Shown piece by piece: positions 63,682 through 64,000 of a stretch of 64,000 nt of DNA (positions within the stretch are counted from its first letter, which is position 1; every line of letters begins with the position of its first letter). The stretch lies in the NCBI GenBank assembly GCA_964498285.1, contig CAZCGN010000001.1, positions 339,033 through 403,032 of the forward strand, in the 5' to 3' direction. The notes below the pieces were generated by a model. That model did not search any database and was not told the DNA's origin. It saw only the letters and a program-made list of their open reading frames with translations. A program made the translations under genes and the position numbers. The stretch is from an uncultured Methanosarcinales archaeon (GTDB taxonomy: Archaea; Nanobdellota; Nanobdellia; Woesearchaeales; GW2011-AR9).

Positions 63682-64000
63682 ATGGCAAAAAGAGTTGAGT
63701 CTCCCAGTTCTATAAACACATTCAAACAGTGTCAGCGCAAATATTATTATCAATATGTAGAAAAGCTTCCTACAAAACAATCGATCCATTTAGTTAGAGG
63801 AAACATTGTTCATTCAGTTCTGGAGGATTTCTATGATATTGATGTGAACAATCTAACAAATGAAAGTTATGGGCAACATTTCAAGCAAGCCGTACAACGT
63901 CTCTTAATGCACCATTGGAAAGGGTATTCTGATAAACTTAATGGGCTTGGCCTAACTGATGATAAACTCAAATTTTATTTTGAAGAAAGTATGGTTATGG
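63682..64000 (+). CDS. PD-(D/E)XK (RecB/Cas4-like) nuclease family protein, 3' end outside window
   Basis: N-terminus SPSSINTFKQCQRKYYYQYVEKLP ... GNIVHSVLEDFY is typical of RecB-family nuclease N-termini. Runs off the window, so it is absent from the track. Confidence 0.5.
   Translation, partial: MAKRVESPSSINTFKQCQRKYYYQYVEKLPTKQSIHLVRGNIVHSVLEDFYDIDVNNLTNESYGQHFKQAVQRLLMHHWKGYSDKLNGLGLTDDKLKFYFEESMVM

Overview
Gene-dense, fairly AT-rich archaeal chromosome segment, DPANN-like in gene content (lineage is an inference). The core (5.7-23.4 kb, minus strand) is the conserved ribosomal-protein supercluster uL3 to uL15-SecY, ending with a DUF106 insertase, eL34 and eL14, with many 4-14 nt gene overlaps. 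Flanking it are housekeeping genes: pelota, TrmB, PheRS alpha/beta, Nop5, PAN, aRF1, Fap7, an ABC-2 exporter, SecF/SecD, a MinD-like ATPase, NAC, TraB, TrpRS, NFACT-N, MFS, CYTH, cyclophilin, Topo VI A/B, an FAD oxidase, Dim2-like KH protein, Rio1, DnaG, a HerA-like ATPase, LspA and aIF1A. Four genes are absent from the ORF track: an RNase P RNA (41519-41846), Sec61-beta (41242-41391), tRNA-Cys(GCA), and a tRNA-Arg(UCU) that appears to carry two 39-nt introns. I found no CRISPR array, transposase, integrase or recognisable defence system. The most unusual items are the double-intron tRNA, a MinD-like operon with two uncharacterised tandem paralogues and a membrane protein, two divergent aminotransferase-fold genes plus an (AAG)10 tract at the head of the r-protein operon, a 626-bp intergenic region with a candidate small RNA, lysine-rich tails on many r-proteins, and bacterial-type LspA and RsuA genes. 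All homology calls come from reading the translations, not from database searches.
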